Source of the DNA: a virus
Lineage: Duplodnaviria; Caudoviricetes
Strand: one strand, 5' to 3'
IMG/VR virus record: IMGVR_UViG_3300034109_000116
Span: 1 to 29,228 of that record
DNA length: 29,228 nucleotides
How positions within the stretch are numbered: position 1 is the first letter of the stretch; every line of letters starts with the position of its first letter. Shown here one piece after another: positions 17,611-25,827 of the stretch. A model generated the notes under the pieces. That model saw nothing but the letters and a program-made list of their open reading frames with translations. It made no database searches and had not been told where the DNA came from. Both the position numbers and the translations under genes were made by a program.

Positions 17611-17627
17611 TTTAAATTTAAGGGTTA
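17611..17627 (-). promoter_or_regulatory. Leader motif TAACCCTTAAATTTAAA shared with the major capsid gene leader
   Basis: Near match to TAACCCTTTAAATTAAA at 21659-21675. Confidence 0.5.
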
Positions 17628-17645
17628 TAGATAAATAAATAAATT

Positions 17646-18059
17646 TTAACTTAAGAACATTAACTTATACTTAGTTGAAGAAATCAAACTTTTCACCTCA
17701 TCTAGTTGGTTTACTACTTCAGAAAAAGGCATAATTTTTTGTAATTCTACAACTTCAGTATATAAATCTTTCATGTGAGAAATTGCTTCCTGTACAGAAC
17801 TGCACTTATACGCAGCAACCATTGGAAAATCTAAAAGCTTCTCACGAGCTCCTTGATACTGCTCAGCTACAGTGTCTACAAGATCTGGCATTGCATCATA
17901 AAATTCATTAAGAGCTTTATGAGCTGAATAAGAACCAGGCCCAGTAATTTTAAGATGCAACTGATGCATGCTAGTTGTCAAAGCTTGTGCATGAGCCAAC
18001 ATCATTGCTGTTTCAGCACATGGTCCCATCATACTAGGTCTTTGTAATTTCTGCATCAT
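17646..18059 (-). CDS. Dps/ferritin-like four-helix-bundle protein (DUF5856-like)
   Basis: 137 aa; HQLHLKITGPGSYSAHKALNEFYDAMPDLVDTVAEQ parallels the Dps signature HxxHWxxxGxxFxxxHxxxxExY...DxxAER, retaining the H, H, D, E ferroxidase-type residues. Confidence 0.75.
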   Translation of the reverse strand: MMQKLQRPSMMGPCAETAMMLAHAQALTTSMHQLHLKITGPGSYSAHKALNEFYDAMPDLVDTVAEQYQGAREKLLDFPMVAAYKCSSVQEAISHMKDLYTEVVELQKIMPFSEVVNQLDEVKSLISSTKYKLMFLS

Positions 18060-18763
18060 TAGCTATTTCTTTGTGCGTTTTGAACTTCTCTTTGGTACTG
18101 ATTCATAGACTCTATATCACCTGCTAAAATAGCAGCAGCTTCATCTACAATAATTTCACAAATATCATCTTTTAACTCACATTCTACATTAGTTAGAAAA
18201 GTTTGTCCTGTAGAAATATTTGTGCATCCAGCAATCTGAATATCTTTTGGTTTTCTGTAATACACTAATTTAGCATCATGGACAGTAAACAAACCATTAG
18301 TGTAAATTCTAATCTTGTCTCCAATAATTGTGCAGAAAGTTTCTGCCCACTCAAATGAAGGAGACTTAAAACTATCAGCTAATAACATATCTACGTTAGC
18401 TTCTTCAGCTTGATAAATTGTAGAAAGCACTCTTTTTGGACAGCAATCATTCTTTACATTAGCACCAACTCTTACGAAATGTAAGTAATTAGCTGGAATA
18501 ATTTCTGTTTCAAAGAACTTAAGTTGTTCTATACCACGTAGTTCTGTTTCAGTAAGTAATATTTGAACATCATCAACAACTGTTACACTTTGTTCAGAAG
18601 ATTCTCTTAAAGCATTTAGCCCATGCAATCTTCTTCTTACCCACTCAAGCTGAGCTTTATTAAAAGCTTCTTGGATCATCCAACATTCAATGTTGTCATA
18701 ATCAAATGAGCTAAGCTTGTTAAGCCTTTGCTTGATTTTAATTTGTAACAGATTGTTGTTCAT
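18059..18763 (-). CDS. Probable head-tail ring/adaptor protein (crAss-like)
   Basis: 234 aa; helical N-terminus with FNKAQ, a YYRKP motif and ELKDDICEIIVDEAA..L C-terminal helix, a pattern typical of podovirus adaptor/ring proteins; consistent synteny. Confidence 0.6.
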   Translation of the reverse strand: MNNNLLQIKIKQRLNKLSSFDYDNIECWMIQEAFNKAQLEWVRRRLHGLNALRESSEQSVTVVDDVQILLTETELRGIEQLKFFETEIIPANYLHFVRVGANVKNDCCPKRVLSTIYQAEEANVDMLLADSFKSPSFEWAETFCTIIGDKIRIYTNGLFTVHDAKLVYYRKPKDIQIAGCTNISTGQTFLTNVECELKDDICEIIVDEAAAILAGDIESMNQYQREVQNAQRNS

Positions 18764-18774
18764 ATTTTATAATG

Positions 18775-18808
18775 ACCTGGATGCTGTTCTTATAGTAAGC
18801 ATCCAGGT
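18775..18808. other. Perfect 11-bp inverted repeat (intergenic stem-loop)
   Basis: ACCTGGATGCT (18775-18785), 12-nt loop, AGCATCCAGGT (18798-18808); no U-tract on the coding strand. Confidence 0.75.
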
Positions 18809-18815
18809 ACTGTTT

Positions 18816-19832
18816 TTATTGATTCCAATACTTCTCAACCTTCTTAGTTAAGTCTACCAAAATCTCTTCGTTCAAAGGATTTTTCAAGTATTCTACACAA
18901 TCAGAAGGAGTTCGTCCTAACATTGTTGTAGTTTCCATGTGGTAGATAAACCCATCAGCTTTAGTTGCAATAAACTTAAAATATGATGAATCTTTAACAA
19001 TTGCTCTAATCTTTAAAGTTTCCATATCAAGTGTAGCAGCATCTAAGAATCTCTGAGCGGTTTTACGCTTATCTTTTTCTACAAGATCCCCATTGATGTA
19101 TTTATCCATGTTGTCATAGATAATATCATTAGGAGTAGACTTCTTATACTGAGCACTGTTTGCATCTAGCACTTTTGCTACATACAATAACTTATTCTGA
19201 TTCTTATCAAACAACTTCTGAAGTTCGGAAAGAGCTTTATTACGAAGCTTCTTAACTTCTGTTTGCACTGATGCAGTTTCTTCAAGCTTGTCCAAATAAA
19301 ACTTTGGAGGAACTGGCATTCTGCGTGCTTCTTCCAAGCTTTTAGCTACAATTGAAAATCCTCCTGCGTCAATAGCATATAATCTAATTAAATCATATGG
19401 ATCTTTATCAGGTTCTAGATAAGTAGGTTCGTTGCCGCATCTAATTTTAATCTTATCCCAAAACTCTGAATTATCAGGTTTCATTAATTTAATTTTGTTC
19501 CAGAACTGCTCATCAGTAGGTTCTACAACATTGGCAGCTAGTTCTCTTTCTAACTGAGCTACTACTACTCTAATCTGTTTGATTTTAGCTTCTTGATCTT
19601 CAGCAGGCAAATTTTTAACTTCAGGTGAAAACTCATTCAATCCTGTAATATATCGTTTGATACCGTTAATCTCAAGACAAGCTAGCTGTTCCTCATGAAA
19701 AGCTCCATCAAAAAGACTTAATCCATACTTCTGTAGTCCCATGTTATCTACCATTGGATCAAAGAATGGTCTAATGGCAATAGTGGACTTTTTGTTTTGT
19801 GGATACTTCTCCACGATTGTTACTCCGCTCAT
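18816..19832 (-). CDS. Conserved hypothetical protein following the capsid gene (crAss-like capsid module)
   Basis: 338 aa charged, helical ORF in the position of the conserved uncharacterised gene downstream of the capsid gene in crAss-like phages; function not readable from sequence. Confidence 0.6.
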   Translation of the reverse strand: MSGVTIVEKYPQNKKSTIAIRPFFDPMVDNMGLQKYGLSLFDGAFHEEQLACLEINGIKRYITGLNEFSPEVKNLPAEDQEAKIKQIRVVVAQLERELAANVVEPTDEQFWNKIKLMKPDNSEFWDKIKIRCGNEPTYLEPDKDPYDLIRLYAIDAGGFSIVAKSLEEARRMPVPPKFYLDKLEETASVQTEVKKLRNKALSELQKLFDKNQNKLLYVAKVLDANSAQYKKSTPNDIIYDNMDKYINGDLVEKDKRKTAQRFLDAATLDMETLKIRAIVKDSSYFKFIATKADGFIYHMETTTMLGRTPSDCVEYLKNPLNEEILVDLTKKVEKYWNQ

Positions 19833-19864
19833 GTTTGGTTTATTTGGTTTTTATTACAACTAGC

Positions 19865-20024
19865 GGTCGCATTTTGCGACCTCACGTTTAGAACCTATTG
19901 AGAGTTGCGAGCTCCCCATGTGATCACCATGGTACGCGTACAATAGGTGGCCCGCAGAGACTATCTACGGGGAGGCATTGGCATATCTTCAGCAGGGAGA
20001 CCTAAATCCCCCTGCATTAGATAT
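19865..20024 (-). ncRNA. Candidate structured RNA (four consecutive domains) between the capsid gene and the next gene
   Basis: GC-rich island almost fully paired: H1 19983-20024, H2 19951-19971, three-way junction 19893-19948, H4 19865-19881. Three non-Watson-Crick positions are G-U on the minus strand and A-C on the plus strand. Confidence 0.7.
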
Positions 20025-20031
20025 TATTTTA

Positions 20032-21651
20032 TTAGAATGATCCTCCAGTAACTGGGTTTCTCATGACAATCTTCAACACCTTGGTTGGGTCTTTAACCCA
20101 GATAGCTGGCATAGTTTGAGTCATGAATACACGGTAACCGTTGAACTGTCCAGAAGACTGGAAGCCTTGAGTACGTCCCATGTAATCCATAGTACCGTTC
20201 TGATAGAACCACTTCAATTGATTATCCCAAGAAAGCTTCAACAAGAAGATGTTGTCGTTAGTATTCTCAGTAATATCAAAGATAATGAAATTGTAAGAAG
20301 ACAATGGGAAACCATCAATAATTGGGTTCTCAATATCGTTAGTATGAATGTTATCAAACGCTGGGTTCAACACAAACTTAACGTTAGCCAAGAAAGGAAT
20401 AACGTACTGAGTATATGCAAATCCAAAGTTTAGATCCATTCCTTTACCAGTGATAGCACCTACTTCAGAAGCATTGATTACCAAGCCAGAGTTGATAGCC
20501 TCTTTCTTAATAGCTTCGTTAACAAGCTTCATACCACCAAGTCCAGTTTGTACAACCAATTGACGCTTAGGATCTGGACCTTGGAATTCAACTTTACCGT
20601 TGAAGAAGTTAAAGATCTCAGACTTAAACAAGTCAAGATTGAATGAACCTTTGTTGTAAATACGCTTGTAAGAGTTATCAAGCTGCTTCCAAAGACCTAC
20701 AGATAGACGGATATCATCAGGACCATCCTGCTTAACTTTACCACCCTGACCCCACATTAGGTAGGTCTCAATGTCATTAGCAATTTTGGTCAAATGAGCC
20801 GCTTCCATAGTAGTCAAGAATGTACGAGTCAACTGACCAGACTGGTAAGCTTTCTTTACATAATCTTTACCCATTTTAGAAGCCATGTCTTCTAGAGAAG
20901 AAACAGAAGGATCTGAGCTCTTGTCAAAGTTTCTCCAAAGTTCAATAACTGGAACTGTGCCATCAGCTTTCATTCCACCTTTCATCATCAAGTCAGCTCT
21001 AGAGCTTACAGAATAATGAACGTGAGCTTCAGCTCCACCTACATAGTTATAGAATTCACGGAATCCAGCGTTGATATTACCGATGTCAGAGAATCTTTCA
21101 CCATACTCACCACGAGCAGAACCTTTACGGAACACCTTAGTACCAACTTTAAGATACTTGTTATCCAAGAACTTAGCATTGTCATTGTTTACCAACTGAA
21201 CAGTGTAGATAAAACCGTCACCAGCAGGGATGATATCATCTGCAGTGATGTACATTTCAACACCATTGTACTTGTCATAAGTGATAATATCACCGTGACC
21301 AAAAGAACGCTTGTTCAATTTGATCTTGAAGGACTGACCATCAATACCTTTAGTAGCATTGCCTGATTCAATATCTTCAGTTACATAAGGAAGATCCTGG
21401 GTAACAGGAATCTGCCACTTGTACTCACCACGTGCGTTATCTACAGAGATAACGTTCTTACCGCCAAAGCTAGACATTTGGTACAAAGGCATTTCTACTT
21501 TTTGTGCCATTGCCCACAAATCTACTGGACCAAGGTCTGTAGGTTCTGCTGACTTAAGCAAGTTTGAAAGGTGGTAGCTGTCTACGTGTGAGCTAGTCTG
21601 ATAGCTGGTATCCCGTAGAAATATACCATTGTTCAAAACCGGAGTTGCCAT
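20032..21651 (-). CDS. Major capsid protein (crAss-like, HK97 fold expected)
   Basis: 539 aa; position after portal and scaffold; IETYLMWG...GLWKQL backbone-helix-like pattern, VVQTG.GG motif, strong high-expression codon bias (AAC, TAC, TTC, ATC). Confidence 0.8.
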   Translation of the reverse strand: MATPVLNNGIFLRDTSYQTSSHVDSYHLSNLLKSAEPTDLGPVDLWAMAQKVEMPLYQMSSFGGKNVISVDNARGEYKWQIPVTQDLPYVTEDIESGNATKGIDGQSFKIKLNKRSFGHGDIITYDKYNGVEMYITADDIIPAGDGFIYTVQLVNNDNAKFLDNKYLKVGTKVFRKGSARGEYGERFSDIGNINAGFREFYNYVGGAEAHVHYSVSSRADLMMKGGMKADGTVPVIELWRNFDKSSDPSVSSLEDMASKMGKDYVKKAYQSGQLTRTFLTTMEAAHLTKIANDIETYLMWGQGGKVKQDGPDDIRLSVGLWKQLDNSYKRIYNKGSFNLDLFKSEIFNFFNGKVEFQGPDPKRQLVVQTGLGGMKLVNEAIKKEAINSGLVINASEVGAITGKGMDLNFGFAYTQYVIPFLANVKFVLNPAFDNIHTNDIENPIIDGFPLSSYNFIIFDITENTNDNIFLLKLSWDNQLKWFYQNGTMDYMGRTQGFQSSGQFNGYRVFMTQTMPAIWVKDPTKVLKIVMRNPVTGGSF

Positions 21652-21667
21652 AAGGCTGTTTAATTTA

Positions 21668-21698
21668 AAGGGTTAATAATAATTTTATAAGGGTTAAT
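21668..21698 (-). repeat. 10-bp direct repeat ATTAACCCTT x2 in the capsid leader
   Basis: Plus-strand AAGGGTTAAT at 21668-21677 and 21689-21698, 21-bp period. Confidence 0.8.
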
Positions 21699-21702
21699 TT
21701 TT

Positions 21703-22956
21703 CTATCTTTTAAATATGTTTGCAGGTCTAGCAATCTTTCTAGATCTAGTATCTTCTTCTTCCTGATAAGTAGAAACATTCTTACGAGCTTGCTCAGTTT
21801 TTAACTGTCTCACAGTTTGTTCTACTGCTTGGTTCTTGCCCTGTTTTACAAGATTAGCTCTGTATTCATCAGGATTAGAAAGCAACCAAAGTGCTTCAGC
21901 AATAAGTGGATAATTTGGTTCTACAAACTGGTACTTCTCTAGAAGATGGCCTAACTGATTAGTTGGTCTACCGCTAATAGAAGGATAGTTTGGTTGAACT
22001 AGTCCACTATATAACTGAGCTTGAGTCTTTTTATCAAGCTTAAGTCCGTTAATCTCGGCTGGTCTAAGAGCTTCAAATACATTCTTCATGTATGCATCAG
22101 CAGCTTGTTCCTGCTGAATTTTTCTATTCTCTTGTTCAGCAAGTTGAGCTTGTACATACTCTTCTTGCATTTGATCCAACTTAGGTTTAAACTGCTTGGC
22201 TTTTTTCTCTAGTACACCTAGATCTCTCCAAGTAGCTAGTTCCTCATCAATCTCATCTTCTGAACCAAAACCAGTGGCTTGTAAATAACTTCTTACAATT
22301 CCCTCTTGGTCATATTCATTAGTAGGATCAAGTTGACGAACTTGTTCAACCTGAGCAAGAGCTTGGAAAAGACCTCTTAGATCTTGTCCTCCATCTGCTA
22401 CGTACTTAGCTGCATATTGCAACTCTTCAGGTAATGATTCAAAGAACTCTTGAGGAGTTTTAGCAGCAACTTCTTGTTTTAAGTTATCAATGTTGGCTTG
22501 CCATAGCTCCTCAACATCTTTCTCTCCAAGACCACTTAAATAGTCTTCTAAAGACTGCGTCTTCTCATCGTAGTCATCAAAGGCAAACATTTCCTTTGAC
22601 TCAATGCGTTTCTTAAGAAATTCTACTAATCCAGACTTTTCTGTCTTAGGTCTTCCTCTTCTAGACTTAGAAGAATCTTCATCATCTTCTTCCTCATCTA
22701 CATTTACAAGATCATCAATAAACGTTTTAGCAGCTTCAGGATTAATATCCTTTTTTGCATCTTCAGTTTCATCATCTTCCTCATCTAGAAAGTTTGTATC
22801 AAACTTTCCCTGACTAAAGATGTTTGGCTTCTGTTCTTTCTTTTCTTCAGTGGAAGGAGTTACAATGCTTTCCGCACCAGGGGCTCCTAACCAACTATCA
22901 ATATCAAGATCTACTTGCTGTACAGATGTCTGTACATTTGTTTGATTGTCATTCAT
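21703..22956 (-). CDS. Acidic scaffold-like protein between portal and capsid genes
   Basis: 417 aa; D/E-rich low-complexity N-terminus, coiled-coil middle, basic C-terminal tip; canonical scaffold position; the only gene here ending in TAG. Confidence 0.65.
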   Translation of the reverse strand: MNDNQTNVQTSVQQVDLDIDSWLGAPGAESIVTPSTEEKKEQKPNIFSQGKFDTNFLDEEDDETEDAKKDINPEAAKTFIDDLVNVDEEEDDEDSSKSRRGRPKTEKSGLVEFLKKRIESKEMFAFDDYDEKTQSLEDYLSGLGEKDVEELWQANIDNLKQEVAAKTPQEFFESLPEELQYAAKYVADGGQDLRGLFQALAQVEQVRQLDPTNEYDQEGIVRSYLQATGFGSEDEIDEELATWRDLGVLEKKAKQFKPKLDQMQEEYVQAQLAEQENRKIQQEQAADAYMKNVFEALRPAEINGLKLDKKTQAQLYSGLVQPNYPSISGRPTNQLGHLLEKYQFVEPNYPLIAEALWLLSNPDEYRANLVKQGKNQAVEQTVRQLKTEQARKNVSTYQEEEDTRSRKIARPANIFKR

Positions 22957-22989
22957 TTTTGTTTGGTTTTATGTGTATCTCTACATATT

Positions 22990-22997
22990 TAATATAC
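22990..22997 (-). promoter_or_regulatory. Candidate late-promoter element GTATATTA
   Basis: 33 nt upstream of the scaffold start, beside an 8-bp inverted repeat ACATAAAT/ATTTATGT (22999-23021); second copy at 16165-16172. Confidence 0.4.
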
Positions 22998-23065
22998 AAC
23001 ATAAATCTTAAAAATTTATGTATAACGCATCTTTTTTATCTAAGGTGCGGATAATAGAGCTATAG

Positions 23066-25822
23066 TTATTTCCCTTTCTTGCCAGAAACTTTTCCTCCTG
23101 AGTCATACTTATTTTTATTCTCACGAGCAATCTGTAATTGCTTATCAGCAATCTCACGCTGGGTTTGAAGTCTTTCACGTTCAATCTGTAATTTTTGACT
23201 TCCTTGTTCTTTTCTAGTTAGCTCAGATTCACGTTTTAAGTTCATTTGATCTTGATAACGCTGCTCACTACGAATACCTTCTAAAGCATCCTGGTAATCT
23301 GACATTTGATTTTGGTTAATGTCCACAGCAGCACCATATCCAGCACCTCTAATTTCAGCTACAGTAATTTGAGTTTGTCTATCAAGATTAGCTTGTTCTG
23401 CTCTAAACTGCATATCCATTTGCTTTTGACGTTCTTGAGACTCAATCATTTCTTGCTGCATCTGTTGTTGCTGCTGCATTTCAGACTGTTTAGCCTCCTG
23501 AGTTTTCTGTTCAGCATTTTTAAGAACACCAGTAAGTTCTGCAATAGACTCAGATTTAATTACATTACCAAGATCGTAAATAGAAGCACCAGTAGTATTG
23601 TTACTAAGAGCAAGTTGTTTAAGTTGCTCCATTACAGCACGAGAGTTTGTTTTAGTTGTACAGAATATATTCAAGTCTCTCATCAATAAATCAGTACCAT
23701 TAACCTCAAAATTAACCTTCTCATCTTTAGAAGTGATGTACTGAAGACGTAGATTAGGTTTCTTAGAGTGATAATACTGAGCCAAATCTGTACGCATTTG
23801 ATGCACACGTGGCATTAAATTATCAGAGTGTTGAATAAAATACTGTTCTGTTTGTGCGTAAGAAGCATTCATTGCTTGCTCTACCCCTGTAGCAGTTTGC
23901 TGCTGAGATATTACTTGACCCATACGTTGAGGGTTCAAACCAATTACTTCAAAAGCTTGGTTTTTAAAATAACTAGCAAGGTTAACACGAGAAAGCAAAC
24001 GATTAGTTTGTTCTAGGTTCAACACTTGATAATGCTGAAAGTTAAGAGCATTCTCGGTGTTTGTAATAGATGTATCCAAAGGAAGCATCTGGAAATTTTT
24101 CATAGCCACATAAGCTTTGGCTAGATTGTTTTTACCCCAATCTTCTCCCAAAGAATGACGAGGTAGAGAGTTTTGATCTAGTAATATAACTGTTCCTAAT
24201 TCATCTACTAAAATATCAGCAATTTGGTTATTAACAATATTATAACCAATTTGATAAGGCTTCATTAAGTCTACTAAAGAAATACTTCTTGTGTTTCTAT
24301 CACCAAATACAGATCCTTCTACAGGAAGTTTACATCCATAAAGTGTTGCATCTCCTTTAAACTGGAAAGGAATCCGTCCTGGTTTACCACCATTGAGACC
24401 TAAATAAATAGGATTAATTCCTCCAGGGTTATTCATACCCCAGAATGCCGGTCTGTTAGGTCCAATCTTTATACCACCCCAAGTTTCATTAATCCAAATC
24501 CAATCAATGTGTTCACCAAAGATTAGATTATCTTTTGACTTTTGTTTATAAATAGTAGTATTATAAATAGGTTTATCTGTAACCTTGTAGCTTTCTGAAA
24601 TAATATCTTGAATAATTTCTCCTTCTTCAGTAATCTTAGTTAAGTGTCCAATCTTACGCTGAGACTTCCAATAGATAGTAGCTACGCGTAACAAATGAGA
24701 CTTACCAAAGTCTACAGTGTCTTCTGAGTCTGCAAGAATCCACTCTACAATATCTCCTGTACCAAACTTAGTATCGTACAAAGACGCATATTGTCTATAT
24801 CCCAAGGATGGCATTTCTGTGTTCCAATCATGGGATTTGGTAGGATCATAATATGTTCCATCATTCTGGTATCCTTGTACAGCATATCCTGCTGAACGGA
24901 CCGGATAAATGGCTTCTAGAGACTCTAACTGATCTTGAGTCATCATCCATCCATACTTGTCAATAACGTCTGATACAGACAACATATCGAGCTTACCGAC
25001 CCAGTTACCCTGAGAGATGTATCTAACGTCTGGAGACTTGTGATAGAACGTAAGCAATGGATTCCATAGCTCAACATCATAGTCGTCCTCATTCATTTTA
25101 AAATGCCAAAATTCACGGTCAGTAATAAGCATGTCTCTAAAGCCACGCTCTTCTAACTCCTGCATTTTAAATCTTTCTTCATCTACTGACATCTGGTGGG
25201 TAGCCCACTCTTCAATCATAGATCTATAATCTTTTCTAAAAAATCCTTCAATCTCTGGAAGTTGCTGTAGGCTCTCTGGAGCTGTAGCTTTCTGCATTTC
25301 CTCAGAATCTAGCTCAATACCCATTGCCATCATTTCCATCATCATCTTCCTCTCAGCGTCTTGTAGAAGAACTTTCTCTATCATAGAACGCTTTTCTTCC
25401 ATCATTTCGTTGTATGAAATATCATCAACGGCTTTAAACATAATGCGTGAGCTTCTCTTAGAAAACTCATTACACAATACGTTAATTACATTAGGAATAA
25501 TGGGATAGAACTTAAGTTCTAGTGCAGACTCGTCCTCTTTAGTTAGCGTATCAATAAGATCCGCCATTTCATTGTCTTCCTCAACAATGTAATCTGCTTT
25601 GTCAATAATGCCTTTAGCAAGCTTGTAGTTCTTCATTAGTCTACGAGCATTGCGTCTAAGTTGCTTCATACCTTGGAACTCTAGCCAATCTAGGTTCCAT
25701 GCTCTCCATTCATCATCTTTTTCCTTTTCAGGCAAAAACTGGATAGGCTGGGTAAGTGTACCCATTTTATTATAATCCGCCTTTTTACCAGATTTGAGAT
25801 CTAGAGCATTATATATCTGCAT
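23066..25822 (-). CDS. Portal protein (crAss-like)
   Basis: 918 aa after terminase; YPIIPNVINVL..E, SLVDLMKPYQ..YN, IGLNPQRMGQ and TATGVEQA portal-type motifs; Q/E-rich C-terminal coiled-coil. Confidence 0.85.
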   Translation of the reverse strand: MQIYNALDLKSGKKADYNKMGTLTQPIQFLPEKEKDDEWRAWNLDWLEFQGMKQLRRNARRLMKNYKLAKGIIDKADYIVEEDNEMADLIDTLTKEDESALELKFYPIIPNVINVLCNEFSKRSSRIMFKAVDDISYNEMMEEKRSMIEKVLLQDAERKMMMEMMAMGIELDSEEMQKATAPESLQQLPEIEGFFRKDYRSMIEEWATHQMSVDEERFKMQELEERGFRDMLITDREFWHFKMNEDDYDVELWNPLLTFYHKSPDVRYISQGNWVGKLDMLSVSDVIDKYGWMMTQDQLESLEAIYPVRSAGYAVQGYQNDGTYYDPTKSHDWNTEMPSLGYRQYASLYDTKFGTGDIVEWILADSEDTVDFGKSHLLRVATIYWKSQRKIGHLTKITEEGEIIQDIISESYKVTDKPIYNTTIYKQKSKDNLIFGEHIDWIWINETWGGIKIGPNRPAFWGMNNPGGINPIYLGLNGGKPGRIPFQFKGDATLYGCKLPVEGSVFGDRNTRSISLVDLMKPYQIGYNIVNNQIADILVDELGTVILLDQNSLPRHSLGEDWGKNNLAKAYVAMKNFQMLPLDTSITNTENALNFQHYQVLNLEQTNRLLSRVNLASYFKNQAFEVIGLNPQRMGQVISQQQTATGVEQAMNASYAQTEQYFIQHSDNLMPRVHQMRTDLAQYYHSKKPNLRLQYITSKDEKVNFEVNGTDLLMRDLNIFCTTKTNSRAVMEQLKQLALSNNTTGASIYDLGNVIKSESIAELTGVLKNAEQKTQEAKQSEMQQQQQMQQEMIESQERQKQMDMQFRAEQANLDRQTQITVAEIRGAGYGAAVDINQNQMSDYQDALEGIRSEQRYQDQMNLKRESELTRKEQGSQKLQIERERLQTQREIADKQLQIARENKNKYDSGGKVSGKKGK

Positions 25823-25827
25823 GATAT

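Noticed and set aside
19986-19992. CUGAAGA hammerhead core in the structured intergenic element
   Set aside because: No stem II followed by GAAA and no compatible stem III and cleavage triplet; the bases are used in hairpin H1.
19965-20020. Twister-like (UAAUGCAG, UGCCAAUGCC) or HDV/theta-like ribozyme
   Set aside because: The remaining conserved core and pseudoknot pairings could not be built by hand; a covariance-model search would settle it.
21694-21705. TAG or TGA stop-codon reassignment as in some crAss-like phages
   Set aside because: Genes are full length under the standard code and almost all end in TAA; the single TAG is followed by TAA three codons later; no suppressor tRNA in the window.
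23440-23480. CAG/CAA-rich tract in the portal gene as a repeat element
   Set aside because: It encodes the Gln-rich coiled-coil common at portal C-termini.
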